A stretch of 64,000 nt of DNA. Origin: Candidatus Latescibacterota bacterium (lineage in GTDB: Bacteria > Latescibacterota > UBA2968 > UBA8231). The translations under genes were made by a program, and so were the position numbers. Under the pieces are notes generated by a model that saw only the letters and a program-made list of their open reading frames with translations, did not search any database and was not told the origin of the DNA. Numbering within the stretch: the stretch's first letter is position 1; each line of letters begins with the position of its first letter. Positions 11,001 through 22,400 of the stretch are shown here, piece after piece. The DNA is taken from NCBI GenBank assembly GCA_965206595.1, contig OZ242214.1, positions 6,272,001-6,336,000 on the forward strand. Direction: 5' to 3'.

Positions 11001-11364
11001 ATCCATCCCGCCGGAACTGGGCCAGCTGGCTAACCTGGAAGTGCTGCATCTTGGCAACAACGGGTTGGAGGGTTCCATCCCGCCCGAACTGGGCCAGCTG
11101 ACGAACTTGGAAGAACTGGACTTTGACCACAACGAGCTGGGGGAGGGTATCCCGCCCGAACTGGGCCAGCTGACGAACTTGAAAGTATTGGACCTCAGCT
11201 TCAACAACCTGAGCGGATCCATCCCGCCCGAACTGGGCCAGCTGACCCACCTAAAAAGCCTTGACCTCCGGGGCAACGAGTTGACCGGGTGCGTCCCCGT
11301 CGCGCTGAAGGAAGTCTATGGAGGAGAGTTGCCATTCTGCGGATTTGACCTTTTCCGGCCATGA
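8047..11364 (+). CDS. Lipoprotein with two capped arrays of plant-type 24-aa leucine-rich repeats (about 1105 aa)
   Basis: AAGGAG RBS before ATG 8047; lipobox LLSC; two ALxxLY.AT.G.NW..NTNWL..W.GV N-caps; >30 [23 protein letters not shown] repeats; two GC(I/V)PVAL...PFCG C-caps. Confidence 0.9.
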   Translation: MKMHRTRTYRLSLVALLALPWLLSCSDKSKVVNTPDQARGEDQAHVDLKSRPSVFALPPKRDSSSVTVSEPVRAIDNNAERRERASALASLYKATEGKNWKNNTNWLNYDVPLSKWHGVETDPQGRIIGLDLRDNGLVEGSLPAELGQLTDLERLDLSENWMKGSIPPELGQLTNLKHLDLSENDDLRGSIPSELGQLTNLEYLDLGRQIYFLEYGGGGFGPIPPELGQLTNLKYLNFSTSGIDGSIPPELGQLINLEELYFSNTEFLYITGLRFLPPELGQLTNLRVLALSANPLSSLPPELGQLINLKELYLRNTWKLSSLPPELGQLTNLKKLDLSGSQLSSLPPELGQLTNLEVLYIRRMEELREIPPELGQLTNLKVLDLSENWMESSLPPELGQLTNLIKLDLTSNYWSGSIPPELGQLTNLTELDLSGNRHGQLSGSIPPELGQMFNLERLDLSYNDLSGSIPPELGQLNHLGSLNLSDNELSAIPPELGQLTHLKGLHLHANELSGSIPPELGQLTNLEGLYLHANELSGSIPPELGQLTNLEGLNLSDNDWSGSIPPELGQLNHLGSLNLSDNDLSGPIPPELGQLTHLGSLNLSDNELSGPIPPELGQLTNLKWLDLSDNDLSGSIPPELGQLVNLRELLLGGNRLSGCIPVALNGIYEEGLWPFCGDGSEPPDGDPELSALAALYRATDGGNWAENTNWLNYEVPLSEWHGVETDPNGRITELSLSENQLSGSLPYKLSQLANLEHLNLGANDLSGSIPPELGQLSNLKFLDLSRNRLNGSIPPELGQLSNLEVLNLDSNYLRGTIPLELGQLANLEVLNLASSQMDLRGGIPPELGQLSNLKFLDLSRNRLSGSIPPELGQLTNLEVLNLRQNWLSESIPAELGQMTNLEVLDLSGNSFSGSIPPELGQLTNLKKLDLFDNSFSGSIPPELGQLANLEWLYLRLNSFSGSIPPELGLMTNLKVLDLPANRLSGSIPPELGQLANLEVLHLGNNGLEGSIPPELGQLTNLEELDFDHNELGEGIPPELGQLTNLKVLDLSFNNLSGSIPPELGQLTHLKSLDLRGNELTGCVPVALKEVYGGELPFCGFDLFRP

Positions 11365-11839
11365 AACAGGGTCGAGGCGGTGGCGTTTTCGCCGGATGGC
11401 ACTGCCCTCGCTTCCGGGGTCCCTCGACCACACCATTAAGCTGTGGGAGGTGACGACTGGAGAAGAAATGGCCACTCTGAAAGGGCACTCGCTTGTGGTC
11501 TACCGTGTGGCCTTTTCACCTGACGCTACAACCCTCGCTTCCTCATCGCGTGACGGCACGATTCTGTTGTGGGATATGTCCCCGTACATCAACTCTACAC
11601 CCTCGGAGATCCAATCTCCTTCTCCTCCGTTACCGACGCAGACGGCGCTGCTAGCCAACTTTCCTAACCCCTTCAACTCAGGCACCAATATTCCCTATCA
11701 ACTTCACACGCCGGCCATGGTGAGCCTTAACATCTACGATATCCAGGGTGCCCTGGTCCGAAAAATTGACCTGGGCTATCGAGTGGCGGGACAAGCCGGG
11801 CGGATCGCCCACGTGCGCAAAATGCTTGTCCTGAAATAG
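11350..11839 (+). pseudogene. WD40-repeat protein 3' remnant with truncated FlgD/T9SS-like C-terminal domain
   Basis: SGHE..VEAVAFSPDGTALASG (frameshifted) SLDHTIKLWEV..LKGH..VAFSPD..ILLWD, then ANFPNPFN. Confidence 0.75.
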
Positions 11840-11963
11840 CGCGTAGGGCCATTTGCATTAGTTTGAGTTATCCTTTCCAAGCAATTTCTAAATGTGGGAA
11901 TTGTTTAGCCTGATTATTTCCCTGGCAAGAAACCAATTAACCCCGACACACGTCCGATGTCCG

Positions 11964-12008
11964 GTCCAGGTACATGCTTTACACATCAGTCCAGGTACAT
12001 GCTTTACA
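11964..12008. repeat. 20-bp direct repeat, two copies (25-bp period)
   Basis: GTCCAGGTACATGCTTTACA at 11964-11983 and 11989-12008. Confidence 0.9.
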
Positions 12009-12068
12009 ATTTCGCCCACCTTTATAGCACAATTCCTGTGAATTACTCACTCCGCCGAGGAAACCTGA

Positions 12069-13079
12069 ATGCCCCCTGCCTTTCTCCTGCTCCTGATCCT
12101 GCTGCCCGGTGCACTCCCGGGCCAGGAGCGCCCGCCGTCGCCGGTCATCGTCGCCGAGGTTCTCGAGCAACCGCTCGTCGAGGATCTCTCCTTTGTCGGG
12201 CGCATCCTGCCCATACGCTCCAGCCGCGTCGCCGCCGAGACCGAAGGGCAGGTGGTCAAACGTTTCAAGGACGCCGGCCAGACCGTGCGCGCCGGCGACC
12301 CCCTCTTCGAGTTGGCCAACGATCCGCTCCAGGCCGCCCTGGCCGAAGCAGAGGCCGATCTGGCGCTGCGCCGGTTCATGCACGACGGCAGCCACCGGTT
12401 GCGCGCCACCGACACCGTCTCCGAGCAGGATCTGCGCACCAAGGCCTTCGAGCTGGCTCGCGCCGAGACCAGGCTGAGCGGCCTCCAGGCCCAGGTAGAC
12501 AACCTCCTCGTCCGCGCCCCTTTCTCCGGGCACATCATCCGCACCTTTACCGAGGTTGGCGAGTGGGTCGGGCGCGGAGGTGAGATCGCCCAGGTAATCT
12601 CCATCGACACGGTGCGCGTGATCGTCGAGGTGCCCGAGCACGACGTGCCGCAGCTCGCTTTGGGGGACCGCGTCGGCATCGTCGTCGATGCCCTCGGCGG
12701 CGATCCCGTCGCCGGCCTCGTGACCGCCATCTCCGCCGAGGGCTACGCCTCCTCCCGCACCTTCCCGGTCATCGTCGAGGCCGCCAATCCGGAAGGCCGG
12801 ATGCGCAGCAATATGTCGGCGCGGGTGCGCTTCCGGATCGCGCAGGCCAAGGCGTCGCTTCTGGTGCACAAGGACGCTCTGGTCTCCGGACCGCAAGGAC
12901 AGGTCGTGTACCTCGCCCGCGACGGCAAAGCCCTGAGCCGCCCCGTCGAAACCGGGCTGGCGCACCAGGGCTACGTGGCCGTTACGGGAGACCTCGCACC
13001 CGGCGATCTGGCGGTGGTGCGCGGCAACGAGCGGCTGATGGACGGCCAGGCCGTGCGCATCATCCGCAGGCAGCCATAA
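12069..13079 (+). CDS. RND efflux periplasmic adaptor (MFP) subunit
   Basis: Signal/TM segment, VAAETEGQV, GQTVRAGDPLFEL, VRAPFSG, SRTFPV, GDLAVVRG; directly upstream of an RND permease. Confidence 0.92.
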   Translation: MPPAFLLLLILLPGALPGQERPPSPVIVAEVLEQPLVEDLSFVGRILPIRSSRVAAETEGQVVKRFKDAGQTVRAGDPLFELANDPLQAALAEAEADLALRRFMHDGSHRLRATDTVSEQDLRTKAFELARAETRLSGLQAQVDNLLVRAPFSGHIIRTFTEVGEWVGRGGEIAQVISIDTVRVIVEVPEHDVPQLALGDRVGIVVDALGGDPVAGLVTAISAEGYASSRTFPVIVEAANPEGRMRSNMSARVRFRIAQAKASLLVHKDALVSGPQGQVVYLARDGKALSRPVETGLAHQGYVAVTGDLAPGDLAVVRGNERLMDGQAVRIIRRQP

Positions 13080-13085
13080 TCCGCC

Positions 13086-16229
<3,144 letters not shown>

Positions 16230-16433
16230 GGGCCGGCAGCCCCTCCCCCTGGGGTATTTGAACGTTTTTGGTGGGTGCAGAAAGTGGGAGCTGCTGCGGT
16301 CAGCCGCCCGGCATTTCCAGCGGCGAGAACGGACGAGCGGCGCTGGAAATGATCATGGAGGTAAAACTTAGCACACAAAAAGGCATTAGAAACCGTGCTA
16401 CTTGGTCAAACATAACATAAGGAAACTGTCAAT

Positions 16434-17138
16434 TTGCAAAATTTAATTCAAAGCGGCCGCCTGCTGATTCCACTTTATCATGGTACTTCCACTGTTTTTT
16501 TGCATGGGATTTCACAACACGGACTGGGAGGGAGGAATCCCGTCAAGGACTGGAATCTTCTATGCCTCGCAAGCGAAGTATTGGCATTAAGTAAAGCACA
16601 CTTACAAGACGCTCCTCTGTATAAAGCGCGCAGTGAGACCTTTGAAAAAATGACAAAGCAGGAAATTCGCAGATGGAATTGGCAACATGGAGACACTTAT
16701 CTTTCTCCCGCAAAATCGACAGCTATAAGATACGCAATAGGTAAAAGATTTGGCTCAGAATTGCTGACATACACAGTGGACTTCCTTGAAGAACTTTACC
16801 GCCGAGAGGTGCCCGGAGTCAAAGATGATCTATTCCGTCGATATCCTGACGTTTTTGGCATTATGGAAGCATGTCCTTCACCCATCTTAATTGAGGCAAA
16901 CAATATACCTATCAAGTCGCTACAATCCGAGGATGGAAGTAATCCCGACTCAAACTTCAAACAGATGAATGATGTCCTACTCGATGGTGATAACAATGAA
17001 GAATTACTCTTGCAACAGACGAACTTTCGTCTGACTGGACCTGTTTCAACAGAAAATTTACGGTTCTGGTTAATCAACGTATTGCAGTGGCATCCCTGGA
17101 AACCTACTTATAAGCTTTACGAACTCACTGTATCATAG
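16434..17138 (+). CDS. Low-GC hypothetical protein with ADP-ribosyltransferase-like motifs
   Basis: TTG start after AAGGA; LYHGTS...I..HGL and TYLS....AIRYA motifs of PARP/Tpt1-like ART folds. Confidence 0.55.
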   Translation: MQNLIQSGRLLIPLYHGTSTVFLHGISQHGLGGRNPVKDWNLLCLASEVLALSKAHLQDAPLYKARSETFEKMTKQEIRRWNWQHGDTYLSPAKSTAIRYAIGKRFGSELLTYTVDFLEELYRREVPGVKDDLFRRYPDVFGIMEACPSPILIEANNIPIKSLQSEDGSNPDSNFKQMNDVLLDGDNNEELLLQQTNFRLTGPVSTENLRFWLINVLQWHPWKPTYKLYELTVS

Positions 17139-17360
17139 ATACAGCCTTTTAGATGTCCCAGAGTTAGTAAAACTGGACTATGGAAAAGCCCAGCTCGTAG
17201 TTTCAGATCGAGTATCAGGCGGACCGATACGTACAGCCCCAGCCGCTAACGGAACGCTGACCACGGACGGCCGGAGCGCCCGAGTGGGCCAGCACAGCGC
17301 CGGTCTCTTACTGGATTACGCCCAGGGGGTCCACCGGGGCCGGCCTGTGGCTTCGCGGCA

Positions 17361-17783
17361 ACGAATGGGAAGGAATCTTCACACTCCCGTGCGCACCAAC
17401 CCAGTCATATAGCAAGTCCCCGGAATACAACCGCCGCGAGCACGGGTGGTCCGCCCATTGCTGTTTGGCCGGCACCATGCTGGCCACCGCACCTGTCCGC
17501 ACGCCCGAGTACCGCCGCCGCGAACCGGAAAAAGAGCCCCTCTACCAGATCCTCGCCGGGCATCTGGAAACCTTTCTCCAGCACACCCGAACGTCCAAGC
17601 ACCAACTGCCGCTCCACGTGGAGAAGGAGATCCGCGCCTACCTCGAATGCGGCATTCTGGCCTACGGGTTCGTGCGCGCCCGGTGTGAGGACTACGGGAA
17701 GAGCCGGGCCGTTGCCTTTTCCTGCAAGAAGCGGGGGTTCTGCCCCTCGTGCAGCGGCCGGCGCATGGCCGATACGGCGGCGC
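17361..17783 (+). mobile_element. IS91/ISCR-family element, 5' fragment A (terminus plus Zn-binding domain)
   Basis: YRRREPE..LY, YLECGILAYGF, AFSCKKRGFCPSC.GRRM; homologous to 35903 onward. Confidence 0.85.
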
Positions 17784-17939
17784 CCTCAAATACCAGATTG
17801 CCCCCTGAAACGCGCGAAAATCCTTCACAACGGTGCTCGGAGCATGCCCGAACGATTCGGTGCGACGACAAACGATACATCAGGAACCCTGCCGAACCCT
17901 TGACAACAGTTTCAGCGAATTGATACTACCTCCTATAAT

Positions 17940-18165
17940 AGGTGTGGAGGTTTCGAGACAAGTGTATATCCAGCCGTGAGGGTCTCCCGTATGAGGGTAC
18001 CTGAGCACGTAAGATGCGCTTGCCTTGTTGGGGACCTGAAGCGATCCTGTCACCAGGGAGGCTGCTGGGGTTCGGCTGATGTTTCCTCGGGGCATCGTCC
18101 CCTGCGATATAGACTGTCGATGCCAGCATGTTGCACTTACCGCTTGACGGGACCCGGTTCCCTGA
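17940..18165 (+). ncRNA. Candidate IS110 bridge RNA (boundaries uncertain)
   Basis: About 200 nt non-coding left end directly downstream of the TATAAT that becomes a full promoter in the circle; position matches known IS110 bridge RNAs; structure not verified. Confidence 0.45.
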
Positions 18166-19292
18166 TACGGCACCCCGGTGTTCCGCAACTTCGCCGTGCC
18201 CCACAGTCGCCAGGGCTTCGAGCAGTTGCTGGCCAAGGTAGCCGACACCGCCGCAGCCGATGCCATCCGTGTCGGCATGGAAGCCACCGTCACTACTGGA
18301 TGGTGCTGTTCGAAGCGATGACTCAGGCCGGGTACGCCGTCGGCAGTCCTCAATCCGCTGGTCATCGCCGCCCGACGCAATATCACCATTCGGGGCACCA
18401 AGACCGACCGTGTCGACTCCCATCTCATCGCCCTGGTGCTGCGCGAATCCCACGTGAAAGTGTGCGCCATCGCCGACGACCAGGTGCAACAGCTGCGAGA
18501 TCTCACGCGCTTGCGTTTCGAATGCGCTCAAACCGCTGTGGGCGAAAAGCAACGTCTCATCAGTCTTCTCGATCTGGCCTTCCCCGAGTATCAGGCCCCT
18601 TTCTCCGACCTCTTTGGCGCCTCCAGTCGCGCGGTGTTGGCTGAGTTTCCCACCGCCAAGCAGCTGGCTAAAGTCGACCTCCGCCGGCTGACCCGACTGC
18701 TCCGGGAAAGCAGCCGCGGGTGCTTCGGCCGAGCGCCGGCGCAACGACTCAAAGAAGCCGCCAAGAACTCGTGGGCCCTGAGCCGTCGAGCTGAGGCCCT
18801 GGCGATGGAGATCCGCTTCGTCGTGGAACGGCTCAATGTGCTCATCGATCAGATCCGCCAGCTGGAGAAGCGTTTCCAGACCCTCATGGTCGACCAGCAG
18901 AAGCTGTTGCAAACCATTCCCGGCCTGGGAAAGGTGTGGGCACCCACCGTCCTCGCCGAGATCCTGCCCGTCTTTCAGCCCGACAGCAAGCACGGCGCCC
19001 GTACGTTGGTTGCCACCGCAGGCGTCGATGTGCGCCTCACCGAAAGCGGCGACAAGAAGGGATACGGAAAAGGTCAAAGCGGGGCAGTCGATATCTGCGC
19101 ACCGCGGTCATGCAGGCGGCTGAAATCGCCGTCTTTCGCAGCCACGATCCACTCTTCAGCGAGGTCTACAAACGACAGAAAGATCGTGGCAAGTACCACA
19201 TGGTAGCGCTGACACATGTCGCCAACAAGATGTTACACGTGATCTTCTCGGTCTTGAAGAACGACAGGCCCTACACCCCAATACTCACGTAA
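18165..19292 (+). pseudogene. IS110 DEDD recombinase, N-terminus missing and about three frameshifts
   Basis: Frame changes near 18290, 18345 and 19075; no GID start motif found. Confidence 0.8.
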
Positions 19293-19491
19293 CGTGAACC
19301 ATAGATAAAATGCCCACGATCGGTGCTGACTGTTTACCGCTTGTCTATACTTTGACAGGCCTGAAACAACTTGCTAAGTAACATCGGTGGAGGGAAGCTA
19401 CCATGGATTACCCCAGCCAATGGCACTTGACGACCGAATCGGGGGCCGACTTGAGCCGTCCGCGAGGGGGCGGGGAGGGTTTCCCTGAGAA

Positions 19492-22400
19492 ATGACTGGT
19501 GATCTCTTCACATCTGGATTTGGCCAGGAAGCTGATCCTAAGGGCGATGCCGCCCGGCAAGCAGTCAATGCGCTACGTGGATTCGATTACCAAGTTGTAG
19601 CGGCCACTCTCGCATGGGTGGACTTGGAAGAAAGTGGACGTCTGTACCTCGAAGTCGCGGAGGACTATGCCACCATTGCAGAGCAGGCAATTCGGGCAGT
19701 CCAAGTCAAGGATACGCAGGCATCAGGGTCCGTCACTCTGAACAGCCAAGACATCAAGAGTGCAATCAAAGGCTTTGTACATCTTGTGGAGATCAATCCC
19801 GACTATTCCGTACACCTTCGGTACTTCACGACTGCGAGAATTGGACTTGAGAGAGGGATTTGCAATCCCTTCGGGGGAATGCCGGGCTTGGAATTCTGGA
19901 AGTCAGCCGCTCGACCATCTGCGAGTGTGGACCCTCTGCGGTCACTATTGGAGAGCAGTCGGTTTCCAGAACCGGTACGACGGTTTTGCAGCAGTCGCGA
20001 CGACGCAAGCCTCCGGAGGGATCTATTGGCCCGGATCCATTGGGATTGTGGCAAGCCGGGCATTGGGACGCTGCGGGAAGAATTGGAGGCCCGGCTGATC
20101 GTGGTCGGGCGGGACCACTTCGGGCTGCCCGATTCGGAAGCGAGAGGGCTAATGGGTCCCCTAATTCTAAAGGTCTTGACAAGGAGTACTGTCCCCGATG
20201 CAGACGCACGGTTCCTTACACGGGCTCAACTCTATACAGCGATCGACGATGCGACTCGCTATTCGGTACAACGCTCCACACTGGAGGCGCTTGTCCAGGC
20301 GACGGCGGGAGTAGCGCCATCCATACGCCAGGGTCTCGAAGGCAACTTTCCTACATCCATTTCAGAGACGGGTTGGCTCATCACGGGCTCGAGTCTGCCT
20401 GCCCTTGAGAGGATGATTCCGCGACCAGTCATACAATCCGCTGTGGCCAAAGCTCTCGCGGAGTTTGGGGTCGGTGTCCTTGTGGGCAGCAGTGGCGTTG
20501 GTAAGTCGGTCGTTGCGAGGGCGGTTGCCGGTAGTCACGGGGCCGGATTCTACTTGGTAGACTTGCAGGGTACTGGTGTAGGTGAGAAACGTAAATGGTT
20601 AGACATGCTCTTTGCCCGGATAGGGGGGCTGGGCCCTTCCTCACTTATTCTTGACAATCTAAATCACATCGACCCAGGTGTCGTGTTGTCTCTCGCACGT
20701 CTCCTTGAAGCTGGGCGCAGGCATCATTGTGAGGTCCTGATGACCTGTTATCACATGCCTTCCCAAGAAATGCTGGGGCAGTTGGGGCTTGACGCAAATT
20801 GCATTGTTCACTCCCCGCACTTCTCCGAAGAGGAGACGTTTGCGCTCGTCCATATGTACGGAGGAGACACGGACAGATGGGGACGGCTGGCCTACGTTGC
20901 AGGTGGTGGTGGCCACCCCCAACTCACCCACGCATTCATTCGCGGGATGGCATCTAGGCGGTGGCCAATTGAGGAAATTGGAGAAATCCTTAGTCAGGGC
21001 CTTTCCTCCCCGGACCTTCTAGCCACCCGGGATGAAGCTAGGAGGAAAGTAGCCTCCGTGCTTCCACCGGAGACTAGGGATCTGCTATATCGTCTCAGCA
21101 TTACGATCGGTCGGTTTGATCGGTCCTTAGCTCTCAAGATTGCGAGCATCAGTCCACCTCTGAGTCGGGCCGGCGAGAGTATTGACCAACTTGTGGGGCC
21201 CTGGCTTGAGAGATCGGGTGCGAATGTGTTGCGGGTTTCCCCACTTGCGAGTCAATTCGGGCAGGAGATGCTGGAGGTTTCTGAGCAGGAGCTTATCCAC
21301 AAGACTATCGCAGAGGAGATGGTAAAGAGGGGCCGAGGTAGTGCGGATGATATGAATGTCATCCTCGTCCACGCGATTGCGGGCAAATCGGCAGAAGGCA
21401 TACGGGCAATTGCTACGGCTGTGCTGACCGCTGATCCTCGTACGCAGGAGAAACTTGCAGAGCTCTTTCTGTTACACTCTTACCGCACGGATAGGCAGAT
21501 TTACGCAGGGGATCCCGTAGGGTCTCACCTGCTTCGTGTCGCCCAATTCAAACTGACTGCAGCCGCTGGCGATTGGGAGAGGCTCCCAAAGGTCGTGGAC
21601 GCCCTCATTGATCAAACCAATGAACTACCCTGTGGCGACGAGGGGAAAGCCTTGGAGTCCTTTGGTACAGCCAGTGTCCTGAGCACTATGGCAGTCGGGA
21701 ACTATCTCGAAGACTGGCTCGAACTCCTTGTGGGATATGTGAATTCACAGGGAAAAAACGAGTATGTGCGGGCTACTTTGGCGGCCGTGGGGGATGGTAT
21801 AGGTGGAGTCGGAGCAGCCGCCTTGTTTAGCTTCGGAAGTATGGACTTGAAAACCGTAGAACGACTTGAGAAGGTCATCAATGAGCTCGACAGGGTCGAA
21901 CCCCAGCTCCGACGCCTCTTGCTGACCCCGGTTGATGCAACCTTCTCCGATTACTCTTTATTGATAAACCGTCCGTGGCAATTGCAGGAGAGCCAGGAGC
22001 TCGATGCTCTGGACGCTGCAATGCGCTACGAACGGATGGCAGCGAAGACGAGATCCTGGGATATTCAAGCCTTGGCCCTGCAGTGTTCTAAGGCTCAAGC
22101 GATCATGCTAGATGAGTACTTGAACGATAGAGATGGTGCCTTGGAGGTCCTTCGTGAGGCCGAAGCAACTCTGGGCAAGGATCCGATCATTACTAGGACC
22201 ATTGCAGGGATATATCATCGACATGGCGAACATCGGGAAGCCGTGGCGGCTTTTCGTGAAATCGTGGATGAAGTTGGTAGCGATAGTGAAACTGAGCGGG
22301 CGTTTGCCCTCCGTGAGGCGGCAATCAGCGCGGCTCTGTGTGGAGAGTGGCCGGAGAGCGAGAGATTGTTCGTTGAGGCGGAGACAGCCGCCTCTGCTGC

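Larger units (their letters stand above)
17921..19364 (+). mobile_element. IS110-family element (degenerate recombinase; non-coding left end)
   Basis: GMEAT..YW, NP, KTDRVDS, LQTIPGLG, SKRGSRYLR motifs over several frames; TGA at both predicted ends; TATAAT in left end and TTGACA in right end. Confidence 0.8.

Noticed and set aside
8470-11260. Regular ~72-bp repeat/variable pattern resembling a CRISPR array
   Set aside because: Units are in-frame LRR codons in one open reading frame; no cas genes or leader.
8047-11364. Diversity-generating retroelement acting on LRR or PD40 repeats
   Set aside because: No reverse transcriptase in the window, and differences between repeats are not confined to adenines.
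16312-16351. Inverted repeat CATTTCCAGCG..CGCTGGAAATG at the island border
   Set aside because: Single occurrence with no U-tract; cannot distinguish a terminator, att site or chance match.
17243-17300. attC-like start (gctaac...) after the AT-rich gene, suggesting an integron cassette
   Set aside because: No matching GTTRRRY end or paired L boxes found, and no integrase.
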